Source: Promethearchaeota archaeon | GTDB taxonomy: Archaea > Asgardarchaeota > Lokiarchaeia > Sigyniarchaeales > SOKP01 | Length of the DNA stretch: 64,000 bases | Direction: 5' to 3' | Assembly (NCBI GenBank): GCA_011364925.1 | Contig: RDOA01000015.1 | Coordinates: 8,076-72,075, forward strand | Shown: piece after piece, positions 10,371 through 20,343 of the stretch | How positions within the stretch are numbered: the first letter of the stretch is position 1 | Layout: each line of letters opens with the position of its first letter | Notes under the pieces: generated by a model | Databases searched by the model: none | The model's input: only the letters and a program-made list of their open reading frames with translations | What the model was told of the DNA's origin: nothing | Program-made: the position numbers and the translations under genes

Positions 10371-10464
10371 TTCATTCAACTTTTTTTTTATGAATTTCTT
10401 TTTTTTTTTAGATTATTTTGTGTATAATTTTTTTTGACATAATTATATATAAATCTTTTTGTTA

Positions 10465-10609
10465 ACTTGTAAAAGCAAGAGCTCGTTTACATCAAGCACC
10501 TTACCAAAACTCCATGTACCCATAACTATCACCCCATAGAAGGAATACCAAAATTGAAGAAGTTGAGACCGAAAACGACTTTGAACCTACCGATGACGAA
10601 GACGATTAA
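10465..10609 (+). pseudogene. Gene remnant with acidic C-terminus
   Basis: Coding-like stretch ending ...KIEEVETENDFEPTDDEDD*; interrupted upstream, no usable start. Confidence 0.35.
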
Positions 10610-10693
10610 ACTTAATTTATATTTTTTTTTTCTTGTTTTAATTTGAAATTTCAAAGCTTAGGATTTTTAAATTGTAAATCATGTACCTTTGAT

Positions 10694-12085
10694 ATGAAAT
10701 TCGTCGTCTTAAATGGCAGCCCTAAAGGTGATGAAAGTGTTACAATGCAATATATTCATTATATCAAGAAGAAACATCCAGAGCACGAATATAATATTAT
10801 TAATGTAGCGCAGCAAATTAAAAAGATTGAAAAAGATGAAGAAAGATTTAATAACATTATACTCCAAGTAAAAGAAGCAGATGGTGTGATTTGGGGGTTT
10901 CCTTTATATGTTATGTTAGTATGCTCCCAATATAAGCGATTTATTGAACTCATCTTTGAGAGGAATGCTGAAGCTGCCTTTGAAAATAAATACACGATTG
11001 TTCTATCAACTTCTATTCATTTCTATGACCACACTGCTCAAAATTATATGCAAAGTATAAGCGACGATTTAAGTATGAAGTACGTAGGGAATTACCCAGC
11101 AGATAGTTGGGACCTTCTGTGGCCAAAGCGCAGGGCTCGATGGTTATTGTTTGCCGAAGAATTTATTAATCATATCGAAAACAACTATCCCACTTCAAGA
11201 CATTATACTCCTTTAAATCCAAGAGACTTTGAATACAAACTTGGTAAACGTTTAGATGATTCCGAGAAAATTGATACAAGTGGTAAAAAGATTCTTGTTC
11301 TAAGCGATGAAACCGGTGAGAATACGAATTTGGGAAAGATGATAAAGAGATTTAAAGATTCTTTTTCGAGCGAGATAGAAGTTATTAATCTTTACGATGT
11401 AGATATAAAGGGCGGATGCATCTCTTGTTTACAATGTGGTTACGATCATCAATGTTCATATATCGGAAAGGATGGTTTTATCGATTTCTGGGAAAGTAAG
11501 GCAATGACTTCTGATATTCTGGTTTTTGCTGGTGTAATAAAAGATCGATATCTCTCAGCAAGATGGAAAATGGTACAAGATCGTGCCTTTTACATGACGC
11601 ATACACCCTCACTAATAGGAAAACAGATGGGTTACATTGTCTCTGGACCGTTAAGTCAAATTCCAAATCTTGCTGAGATGTTTCAAGCTCACATAGAATT
11701 GCAAGGCTCAAATTTTGTGGACATTATTACTGATGAATTTGGGACGTCGGAAGAGATAGATGCTTTACTTCACGATTTTGCTAGAAGGTTAGTTAACTTT
11801 TCCAATGTTGATTACTTTAAACCCTTAACATTTTTAGGAGAAGGAGGACAAAAGATATGGCGCGATGATGTTTATGGAAGAGATCGATTTGTATTCCTAG
11901 CTGACCATGAGTATTACGAGAAACATGGATACTATGATACATTTCCGCAAAACGACGAGCGTGCTAAAAAGATGAACGAAAAATTAATCCCGTTAATGAG
12001 AATAGATAAAATAAGAAAGAAAACTAACATGAAACAAGAATTTCTTCGTCCTTTTCTGAGAGTAATTGAGGATCCTAATAAATAA
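10694..12085 (+). CDS. Tandem flavodoxin-fold NAD(P)H:FMN oxidoreductase / iron-sulfur flavoprotein
   Basis: MKFVVLNGSPKG start; second domain has GGCISCLQCGYDHQC. Confidence 0.85.
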   Translation: MKFVVLNGSPKGDESVTMQYIHYIKKKHPEHEYNIINVAQQIKKIEKDEERFNNIILQVKEADGVIWGFPLYVMLVCSQYKRFIELIFERNAEAAFENKYTIVLSTSIHFYDHTAQNYMQSISDDLSMKYVGNYPADSWDLLWPKRRARWLLFAEEFINHIENNYPTSRHYTPLNPRDFEYKLGKRLDDSEKIDTSGKKILVLSDETGENTNLGKMIKRFKDSFSSEIEVINLYDVDIKGGCISCLQCGYDHQCSYIGKDGFIDFWESKAMTSDILVFAGVIKDRYLSARWKMVQDRAFYMTHTPSLIGKQMGYIVSGPLSQIPNLAEMFQAHIELQGSNFVDIITDEFGTSEEIDALLHDFARRLVNFSNVDYFKPLTFLGEGGQKIWRDDVYGRDRFVFLADHEYYEKHGYYDTFPQNDERAKKMNEKLIPLMRIDKIRKKTNMKQEFLRPFLRVIEDPNK

Positions 12086-12107
12086 TACATAAATGAATTG
12101 AGTATTA

Positions 12108-12290
12108 ATGGCATGGGGAGGCTCGTTAAATAAGGAAGGTTCTGAACATCTGAGAAATCTAAGAGAAGCTGATAAAGTATTAAAGTTTCTTGAGGGATTA
12201 AAGCAAGAATTGAAAGCTGATGATCAATCGATAGTATCAGAAACAATCAAAATTATTGTAAAGCACTACACAAAAAAGTCTGGAAGTTAG
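12108..12290 (+). CDS. Small hypothetical protein
   Basis: 60 aa, ATG start, fills the gap, helical charged composition. Confidence 0.6.
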   Translation: MAWGGSLNKEGSEHLRNLREADKVLKFLEGLKQELKADDQSIVSETIKIIVKHYTKKSGS

Positions 12291-12859
12291 ATGGATTGAA
12301 TTAATTTTTTAATTACTTTTATCAGTTTATCAGCTTCATCTTTTATTGTTTTAGTAAGATTTATTTCGAAGAACGGGAGCTCAATGTTATTCGATCGCTC
12401 TTCAAGAGATATAGTTTCTTCTTTATAGAGCTTTAGATCTTTAAACCCCTCTAAACTTTCGGGAACAAATCCGATCATAAAAACATTTAACTCCGATAAT
12501 TTTTCTACAATTAAATCAATTACAATATGTACGGGAATAGTGTGAGTAGATATTGGCACATATTCCTTAATCGATTCACGTTCCAATATAGATATTGTTC
12601 CCGGAGGTTTGTTCAGAGTGCAAGTGTCAATTAGGATGAGATATTCTGGATTGAAGTTAACGACATCATCAACTCGAGCCATAGGATCTGTTCCGGCGTT
12701 TAGAAATAGGAACTTTTCGTTATCAGCCCAAGGAAGGAGCTCACTAATAATATAGGGCCCAACCCCGTCGTCGGATAATTTCTCTTCTCCAATCCCCATA
12801 AAGACTATCCTGTCAACTCCACTTAGTCTGTCTAAAAATAAGCGGTATAGTTCATCCAC
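12287..12859 (-). CDS. Hydrogenase maturation protease (HycI-like)
   Basis: MGIGEEKLSDDGVGP, LILIDT, STHTIP. GTG start at 12859 preferred. Confidence 0.85.
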   Translation of the reverse strand: MDELYRLFLDRLSGVDRIVFMGIGEEKLSDDGVGPYIISELLPWADNEKFLFLNAGTDPMARVDDVVNFNPEYLILIDTCTLNKPPGTISILERESIKEYVPISTHTIPVHIVIDLIVEKLSELNVFMIGFVPESLEGFKDLKLYKEETISLEERSNNIELPFFEINLTKTIKDEADKLIKVIKKLIQSI

Positions 12860-12957
12860 AATAATTTTATGAATTGTTTTTTTTACATTAATTTTTGTGT
12901 TTGAAATGAAATACAATTTAGTAATTTTTTTTATGAATACTATACTCTTTTTTTATT

Positions 12958-13842
12958 ATGTTATTAAAAGGGAAAAATATAGTAGTTACTGGTAGCGGAA
13001 GGGGTATTGGAAAATCTGTAGCAATTGCATGCGCTAAAGAAGGAGCAAATATAGGATTGATATCAAGAACATTAGAAGAATTGGAGGATACTAAACAAAA
13101 AATCCTTGATCTTAACACAGGAGTAAAGGTTGTCTTAAAAACAGCAGATGTCACAAAATTTGAAGATATTGAGAATGCGATTAAGAGTTTCGCAAGTGAG
13201 CTTGGTTCACTAAATGGTGTTATCGCGAATGCGGGTTATTCCCGTATGTGGGCAACTCATGAATTTGATAATGAGAAGTTTTCTCAGATCTTGGATGTTA
13301 ATATTTTGGGTGTTTTTCATACATTTAAAGCATCATATCCTTACATGAAAAAAGATGATAAAAATGATAAAGCAAGATTTGTAATCACTGGTAGTGAGGC
13401 ATATCCTAACGCACCATCAAGACTTATTGCGTATGTTGCTAGCAAATACGCAGTGGTAGGAATGCAAAAAGCATTAGCAGCGGAGTATAAACGAGAAAAT
13501 ATCAATTTTAACATGGTCTTGCCTACACAGGTAGATACGCGTCTATTAAGAGGAAAAAATGCTGGAGATGGTAATAAAGCGGCTCATGTCTTAAATCCAT
13601 GGGATTTGAACGAATTCTATGTCTTTCTTTTAAGTGATTATGCCAATAGAGTTGACAATGCTTTGATTTTTACCCAGGATTTAAACGAAGTCAAAAAACT
13701 ATTAGCTGAAGCCCCTGCTGGAAAGAAAGAAAATTGGGAAGTTTTTAAAGATTATTTAGAAGAAATAGCTCCTCAAATTTTTGAAAATGTAAAAAATCTT
13801 GGAAAACTAGTGGATTTTATCATTGAAAGAATGAATAAATAA
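12958..13842 (+). CDS. Short-chain dehydrogenase/reductase
   Basis: TGSGRGIG, ANAG, YVASK. Confidence 0.93.
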   Translation: MLLKGKNIVVTGSGRGIGKSVAIACAKEGANIGLISRTLEELEDTKQKILDLNTGVKVVLKTADVTKFEDIENAIKSFASELGSLNGVIANAGYSRMWATHEFDNEKFSQILDVNILGVFHTFKASYPYMKKDDKNDKARFVITGSEAYPNAPSRLIAYVASKYAVVGMQKALAAEYKRENINFNMVLPTQVDTRLLRGKNAGDGNKAAHVLNPWDLNEFYVFLLSDYANRVDNALIFTQDLNEVKKLLAEAPAGKKENWEVFKDYLEEIAPQIFENVKNLGKLVDFIIERMNK

Positions 13843-13941
13843 GTGCTACCTATTTTTAATCTAGTAGATATACTGTAAGAATTATTTAATGCTAAAAATG
13901 ATTAGATTCTTTAAAAATGAAATCCTAAAAATCATAAGCAG

Positions 13942-14559
13942 ATGACCGAAAAACGGAATGAAGAAGCGGAAAAAGCAGAAAAAGCTCAGTTTGAAGGGAT
14001 TCTTCAAAAAGATAAGTTAATTATCTCTAATCTAGATGGCATTAATGAAATCTATTTTAATTCTTACATCGGTACTTTGGAAAAAAATGATGATAATAAG
14101 GAAATATTAGTTTTAGATCCTGTAGAAGTTTTATTATTATGTGAACGAAAGCGGATTTTAGTATATTCTGACATAATCAGAACAGAAGAAAATCTATACG
14201 AATTCGAAGATTTGTTGGAATATTTTAGCCAATTTGACGATCGCTTATGGCAGAAATACATTATCTACATGGATCTTCGCAAGAGAGGTTATATCGTCCG
14301 AGCGGGATACGGAGAAGGCATCGATTTCCGTGTATATAAAAGAGGAGCTGATTTTGAAAAAGATTCGGCGAAATTTTTGATATATCCCGTTTTTGAAGGT
14401 TATCCTATCGATTTAAGAGACCTTGACAAAATGTCGCGAGTAGCGATGAGCTCACGCAAAGACCTCGTAGTAGCTACTGTTGACAGACTGAGTAAACCAA
14501 TTTACTACAGTGTTAATAAATTTGAAATTATGAATAAAGTGGAAGAGGAGGAGGAATAG
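13942..14559 (+). CDS. endA: tRNA-splicing endonuclease subunit, probably the structural non-catalytic type
   Basis: YMDLRKRGYIV, DFRVYKRG, RVAMSSRK; Ser at the catalytic His position. Confidence 0.85.
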   Translation: MTEKRNEEAEKAEKAQFEGILQKDKLIISNLDGINEIYFNSYIGTLEKNDDNKEILVLDPVEVLLLCERKRILVYSDIIRTEENLYEFEDLLEYFSQFDDRLWQKYIIYMDLRKRGYIVRAGYGEGIDFRVYKRGADFEKDSAKFLIYPVFEGYPIDLRDLDKMSRVAMSSRKDLVVATVDRLSKPIYYSVNKFEIMNKVEEEEE

Positions 14560-14560
14560 A

Positions 14561-16222
14561 TTGTCAGAAAAGTATGCGTGTGATACTTCAATCATATTCA
14601 ACGGAATCGTGTTAGAACTGATAAATGATGGCGACTTAGGTGATATGCCAGAGATATATGTCCCTAACGTAGTTGTTGCTGAAGTTGAATATCGGACCAA
14701 TGTGCAAAAAGAAATAGGATTTTACGGTTTAAATGTGTTAAAAGAACTAAGGCAATTACACAACGAAGGTAAAATAATTCTTCATATAGTAGGAAAGCGT
14801 CCTACTAGAGAAGAAATAAAAATGAGTCCGGGTGGAGAACTTGATGCCCTCATTAGAAAATCAGCGTTAGAATACAACGCAACTTTAATTACTGCAGATA
14901 GGATACAAGGCGATGTTGGCATTTTCGAAGGACTTAATATCATGTATGCAAAAGAAAAGATAATTCCTAAGAAAAATGAACCACTTTCGTTGAAATTACT
15001 AGAATATTTTGACGAAAATACAATGAGTGTGCATCTTAAGCAAGGATTGCCTCCATATGCTAAGAAAGGTAGCCCAGGGAACTGGTATTTAGAAAAGATA
15101 GGAGAAGAACAAATATCTGCAAAACTAATAGATGAAATTGCTATTGAAATAATAGAAATGGTTAGAGAAGACGAACATTCATTTGTCGAAATTGAAAAAA
15201 TTGGTGCTGTAGTCGCTCAATTGCGAGAATTTAGGATCGTGATAACCCGTCCTCCATTTTCTAACGATGTTGAAATCACAGCAGTTCATCCACTTGTGAC
15301 GCTTGCATTAAGAGACTATGCCATTGATTCTCGACTCCATAAAAGATTAGAAAAAGCAGAAGGAATTTTAGTAGCGGGAGCTCCTGGTGCAGGAAAAAGT
15401 ACTTTTTCAGCAGCTTTAGCAAACTTTTATTTAGAAAAAGGTAAGGTTGTAAAAACATTAGAAAGCGTTCGAGATTTACAAGTTAAAGATGAAATCACGC
15501 AGTATACTAAATTAGAAGGAAGTCTCGAAAATTCCGCCGATATCCTCTTATTAGTAAGACCTGACTTCACAATTTTCGATGAAGTTCGTACAACGAATGA
15601 TTTTCAAATCTACGCTGATTTTCGACTTTCAGGTGTAGGCATGGTCGGAGTCGTTCATTCTTCCTCTGCTATTGATGCAATTCAGAGGTTTATAGGTCGA
15701 ATTGAGCTTGGAATGCTCCCATCGATAATAGACACGATTGTTTTTATTGAGGGTGGAGATATTTCAACAGTTTTAATTCTTAAAATGACAGTAAAAGTTC
15801 CACATGGATTTAGAGATAAGGATTTGGCCAGGCCTGTTGTAGAAGTGAGAGATTTTAAAACTGACCGATTAGTTTATGAAATTTACTCTTTCGGTCAAGA
15901 TATTGTAATTAATCCAATAAATCCTATTGATCATAAAAGTTCTTTTAAACCCAGAGAACAATATCGAATCGATCACTTTGGCAGAAAGAAAAAAGAAGAG
16001 GAGATTGAATTAGATGTCGAGATCACAAAGCAGAAAATAGTCATAAAAGCGAGCCCTGAATACGCAAGTAGCAACATTATTGTATATGCTAATGGGTATG
16101 AAATCTTTACTGGCTCTTTAAGTCGTTCTAGCAGTATTACGCTCTCTCTTTCGAATAAGGAAGGAAGGAGGGTTCTAAAAGAATTCGATAGAAATAAAAA
16201 ATTATACGGAATTTTAAAATGA
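14561..16222 (+). CDS. PIN-domain ATPase (PINA family)
   Basis: N-terminal PIN domain (CDTS, EVEY, LDALIR, LITAD), MSVHLK, Walker A GAPGAGKST, DEVR. TTG start 1 nt after endA. Confidence 0.92.
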   Translation: MSEKYACDTSIIFNGIVLELINDGDLGDMPEIYVPNVVVAEVEYRTNVQKEIGFYGLNVLKELRQLHNEGKIILHIVGKRPTREEIKMSPGGELDALIRKSALEYNATLITADRIQGDVGIFEGLNIMYAKEKIIPKKNEPLSLKLLEYFDENTMSVHLKQGLPPYAKKGSPGNWYLEKIGEEQISAKLIDEIAIEIIEMVREDEHSFVEIEKIGAVVAQLREFRIVITRPPFSNDVEITAVHPLVTLALRDYAIDSRLHKRLEKAEGILVAGAPGAGKSTFSAALANFYLEKGKVVKTLESVRDLQVKDEITQYTKLEGSLENSADILLLVRPDFTIFDEVRTTNDFQIYADFRLSGVGMVGVVHSSSAIDAIQRFIGRIELGMLPSIIDTIVFIEGGDISTVLILKMTVKVPHGFRDKDLARPVVEVRDFKTDRLVYEIYSFGQDIVINPINPIDHKSSFKPREQYRIDHFGRKKKEEEIELDVEITKQKIVIKASPEYASSNIIVYANGYEIFTGSLSRSSSITLSLSNKEGRRVLKEFDRNKKLYGILK

Positions 16223-16254
16223 ATCTTAGAAATTTTGATAATTGCTCTTTCTAA

Positions 16255-16635
16255 TTATTTGGATAATGCAATTCGAGCTCTTTTTATATCATCTACTCCA
16301 ATGACAATTTTGTTATGCTCCGCTAAATAGATGAGATCAATATTAACACCAACATTGCCTATTTTACGGGCCAATTTCCCACCAGATCCTGGCTTTCCTG
16401 CAATATTGCCAATATCTAATACTAATACCTCGCGTACTGCACTAACTTTAAAACCAGCGGATTCTAATACGTATTTGGCAACAGTTTCATCATCAACTAA
16501 TATATGAATAATTCCTTCATCATTAAGGGGAATGCCACACAAACCATTCATATTTATACCATTTTTACCTAAAAGTTCTCCCATATCAGCTAACGTGCCA
16601 GGACTATTTTCCAATATAACGGTTATATCTTTCAT
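16255..16635 (-). CDS. Tandem ACT-domain protein
   Basis: LENSPGTLADMGELLGKNGIN and KPGSGGKLARKIGNVGVNI repeats. Confidence 0.88.
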   Translation of the reverse strand: MKDITVILENSPGTLADMGELLGKNGINMNGLCGIPLNDEGIIHILVDDETVAKYVLESAGFKVSAVREVLVLDIGNIAGKPGSGGKLARKIGNVGVNIDLIYLAEHNKIVIGVDDIKRARIALSK

Positions 16636-16733
16636 TTTTTTTCCTCTATAGTGATTTTTTCTATTGCTTAATTATGTCGACTCTATATTTAAGCTTTCTT
16701 TTGAGGTTGCATTCGATTCTTTCATAATTTGTG

Positions 16734-18629
16734 CTATTTTGAGATATCAAGTGTAAATAAGACTTCTCCATATTCTACATTTTTTGATTTCATAGGATAT
16801 CCACTATTATTAAGAATATAGAGCATTGGTTTGTTTTCGAGAAGAATAGAACCTGTAAAATATTTGTAATTAAGCTCTCTAGCGATTGTAATTAGGTACT
16901 CTAGTAAAAATTTAGCGATTCCCGACTTACGAAAATTTTTCTTAACAACTATACCCAATTCAACAGTAGAAGGTTGATGAGTTTTAAAAAAAGCTGCGGA
17001 AGCGACAATTTTCTGTTCACCTTCTTCAATAGTTTCTCCTACTATTATCATATCAGTTTGATAATCGATATTGACTAAAGGTTGCACAAATTTATGGGGG
17101 AATTGTCGATCGTGAGCGAAGAATCTTAAATATCTATCATTTTCGTCCAAAGAGTAATAAAGACCTTGCAATAATCGTTCATCCGTAGGTTTAACAGGTC
17201 GGATTTTAATATTTGTACCGTTTTGCATTTGAAAGTTTGTTTCATATTTATCGGGATACAAGCTTAACCTCCCATCGATAGATATTGGTAATTTTTGGTC
17301 GGAATATACATAGTTTATTTTTTTTGCATATCCCAAAAGTTCTTCTCTAAAATCTGGATGAGCTACATTAACAAGTTGTAAAACTCGTTCTCTTATACTC
17401 TTTCCGAAAAGATAAGCTATTCCCCATTCAGTCACAACATAGTGGATGTCTCCCCTTGTTATAACTACTCCCGACCCAGGTTCAAGATATGGAACTATCC
17501 TAGAAATTACAGTCCCATCCTTTAAGGTAGCTGTACTTGGAAGCACAGCTATAGGTTTTCCGTCTTTAGAATGGTTTGCTCCTCTTACGAAATCTACTTG
17601 ACCGCCTATTCCGCTATAAAATACATGTCCTAACGAGTCAGCGTTCACTTGTCCCGTTAGATCAATGGTTAGAGTAGCATTAATTGCTACTTGTTTCTTA
17701 TTTTGACTAATTATAAATGGATCATTGCAGTAATTACTCGGATGGAACTCTACAAAAGGATTGTTATCTACAAAATCATAAAGCTTTCTTGATCCCATGA
17801 CAAAGGAACAGATAATTTTGCCCTTATGAATTGATTTCTTTTTACATGTTATTACTCCCTTCTCAACTAGATCAACGATACCATCTGAAAATACTTCACT
17901 ATGAACTCCTAAGTCTTTTTTATCATCTAATTCTGCTAAAACTGCATTTGGTATTGTTCCAATACCAGTCTGTATCGTCGATTCATCTTCTATAAGGGAT
18001 GCAACATATTTTCCTATTTTTGTAACTGTCTCGTCCGGAGGATCGTAAGTAAACTCAATAATATCGTGATCTGCTATAACAAACGCGTCGATATCATCCA
18101 TATGAATAAATGAATCACCTAGCGTGCGAGGCATTTTAGGATTGATCTCAGCTATCACAAATTCAGCTGACTCTGCAATAGGTTTAGCAATATCTACATT
18201 TATTCCATAGCTACAAAAGCCGAATTCATCAGGAGGACTTACTTGAATTAAAGCGGTCTTTAAATGCATTTGCCCTCGTTCAAAAAATTTTGGAATGTCT
18301 GAAAGTAACATGGGGGTGTAATCTGCTAAACCATGTTTGACAGCGTCTCGAAGATTTTCGCTTATAAAAAATACATTATGTCGAAATAAATCTTCTTTTC
18401 CTCCCGCAGTTTTATAATAATCGAGATCAGACAAGCTTATAAAATGGATCATCTCGACATCTGAAAGCTGAGGTCCAAGTTCAATAAGTTTTGATGTGAG
18501 ATTAATTGGTTCAGAACATCCAGAATCGATAAAAATGCGATCTCCCGGTTTGATGTATCTTTTGATAGCATCTTCCACATTTACATGTTTACGTTTATAT
18601 TTTTTAGTATTCATTAAATCAATTGACAT
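16734..18629 (-). CDS. Acetyl-CoA hydrolase/4-hydroxybutyrate CoA-transferase fused to a Pat-type GNAT
   Basis: QTGIGTIP, LGVHSE (catalytic Glu), SGIGGQVDF, VVTEWG; C-terminal IRPVKPTD..YLRFF..RKSGIA..ENKPM. Confidence 0.92.
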   Translation of the reverse strand: MSIDLMNTKKYKRKHVNVEDAIKRYIKPGDRIFIDSGCSEPINLTSKLIELGPQLSDVEMIHFISLSDLDYYKTAGGKEDLFRHNVFFISENLRDAVKHGLADYTPMLLSDIPKFFERGQMHLKTALIQVSPPDEFGFCSYGINVDIAKPIAESAEFVIAEINPKMPRTLGDSFIHMDDIDAFVIADHDIIEFTYDPPDETVTKIGKYVASLIEDESTIQTGIGTIPNAVLAELDDKKDLGVHSEVFSDGIVDLVEKGVITCKKKSIHKGKIICSFVMGSRKLYDFVDNNPFVEFHPSNYCNDPFIISQNKKQVAINATLTIDLTGQVNADSLGHVFYSGIGGQVDFVRGANHSKDGKPIAVLPSTATLKDGTVISRIVPYLEPGSGVVITRGDIHYVVTEWGIAYLFGKSIRERVLQLVNVAHPDFREELLGYAKKINYVYSDQKLPISIDGRLSLYPDKYETNFQMQNGTNIKIRPVKPTDERLLQGLYYSLDENDRYLRFFAHDRQFPHKFVQPLVNIDYQTDMIIVGETIEEGEQKIVASAAFFKTHQPSTVELGIVVKKNFRKSGIAKFLLEYLITIARELNYKYFTGSILLENKPMLYILNNSGYPMKSKNVEYGEVLFTLDISK

Positions 18630-18662
18630 TAAATCAACCTATTTTTTAATTTGATTAGAATT

Positions 18663-19418
18663 TTAATTTGAACTCATCATTTCTTTTACTCTCTCAATAA
18701 TTTTAGGAAGTACTTCTCCAATTTGCTCGAAAAACCTTAAATCAACTACGTCATCATAAGGTGTCTCGCCTTGATTTAAAATTATCAATTTTGCTCCGTT
18801 TCTCCATGCGATTCCTGGCATATTTGCTGCGGGAGTGACAACCAAGGATGACCCGACTACGAAAAAAACATCAGAACTTTGAGATCTTCTCTCTGACTCT
18901 AGGAGTTCGTCCATTGGTAAAGAATCACCAAAGTTAACTATGCTTGAAATTAACCTGCCTCCGCAATCTGGACAATTTGGTTGATTTTTGCGAACTAATC
19001 CCGTCCTGTATCCCGAACCCCACTTTTTTTTATCCCAACCGGCTTCTTCAAAAGTGAGTTTTTTTCCGCAAGCTAAACACTTCATGAAATACATATTACC
19101 ATGGAGTTCAGCTAATTTGTCAAATGGTATGCCTGATTTTGCGTGGAGTCCATCTACATTCTGAGAGATTAGATAATCTAACTTACCTAATTGAAGTAAT
19201 TCTAGAATGGCATAATGTCCTTGATTTGGTTTAACTTGGTCCCATGGTGGTGATTTTGGGGGAGGCAAGCCTTTATCCCGACGAGTCCAGACTCCATCTG
19301 GACCTCTATAATCTGGTAACCCACTTTCTGTAGATATTCCAGCACCAGTGAATACAACAAGGTAATTAGATTCGTAAATCCATTTTGCGGCTAATTCAAT
19401 TTTTTCTTCGAGTTCCAT
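18663..19418 (-). CDS. NAD-dependent protein deacylase (sirtuin), class IV-like motifs
   Basis: [36 protein letters not shown], CxxC..CxxC zinc site, GSSL. Confidence 0.95.
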   Translation of the reverse strand: [251 protein letters not shown]

Positions 19419-19563
19419 ATTAATAGAATGAGTTTTTGAGAATAAAAATATAATTCATTCAGTTTCTTAAGAAAGTTTAATGATAATAAGTAAATATATT
19501 GAACTCCCATTTTATTTTAGCTTTAAAATTGAATAATCTAGATATGACATTAATTTCTTTTCC

Positions 19564-20298
19564 TCACGCGGGACTTTTCTTATCTAGTGAATCTACTAAA
19601 TTGTTAAGATTCTCTTCCAAATTATAGAATTCTATCATTCTATATGCACTTTCTATATCTCTCAAGCTTGATATATGATGAGAATCACATCCAATTGACA
19701 CTTTAATGTTATATTCCTTCAATTTTTTAAAGAAGATTTCTTGTTTTGGAGAGTAAAATTGTGGATAACTTGAATTAAACTCTATTATTACATCATATTG
19801 TTTCAAAAAATCTACTAAGGTATCTAATCCTCTAATTATAAAAAATGAAGGATCAAAGTGAGCAAGCCCGACAATTGGGAAAATTGGGTATTTTTCTTCC
19901 CAATAAGTGAAAATCTTTTTTAGGAAAGCTATTCCTTCTAATGATTCGAGATATTCGAATAAAATCAAATCAAACCTGTTAGGAATGATATTATTAAGAA
20001 TAAAATTTTCGGAACTACCCAAATCTATTTCAATTCCTTTGAGTAGTGTTAAATTTTTGTTCTCTTTTGAAATAAGTTCTTGATAGTACGTTATTTCGTC
20101 TAAATATCTCATAATTTTATCAAGGTTATTAAGATTAGGGATGTGATCGGCTTTCCATGAATCTGTAAAATGATCTGTTATACAGATGTATTCTAGATCA
20201 GTTTTCAAAGCAGCTTTTACTATTTGCTTAATTGAGTTTCTACCGTCTGAATAAGTCGAGTGAGTGTGTAAGTTTAATTTAGGGTAATCTATGTTCAT
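19564..20298 (-). CDS. PHP-domain phosphoesterase
   Basis: NLHTHSTYSDG, ITDH, GIE, LAH, GCDSH. Confidence 0.9.
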   Translation of the reverse strand: MNIDYPKLNLHTHSTYSDGRNSIKQIVKAALKTDLEYICITDHFTDSWKADHIPNLNNLDKIMRYLDEITYYQELISKENKNLTLLKGIEIDLGSSENFILNNIIPNRFDLILFEYLESLEGIAFLKKIFTYWEEKYPIFPIVGLAHFDPSFFIIRGLDTLVDFLKQYDVIIEFNSSYPQFYSPKQEIFFKKLKEYNIKVSIGCDSHHISSLRDIESAYRMIEFYNLEENLNNLVDSLDKKSPA

Positions 20299-20343
20299 TG
20301 TATCTATTTTAAAATATTTGAGAGAAATTATACTTTAGGTAAA

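Noticed and set aside
18663-19418. Sir2-type anti-phage NADase (Thoeris/DSR)
   Set aside because: Has the zinc-binding domain and complete deacylase motifs; no defence genes nearby.
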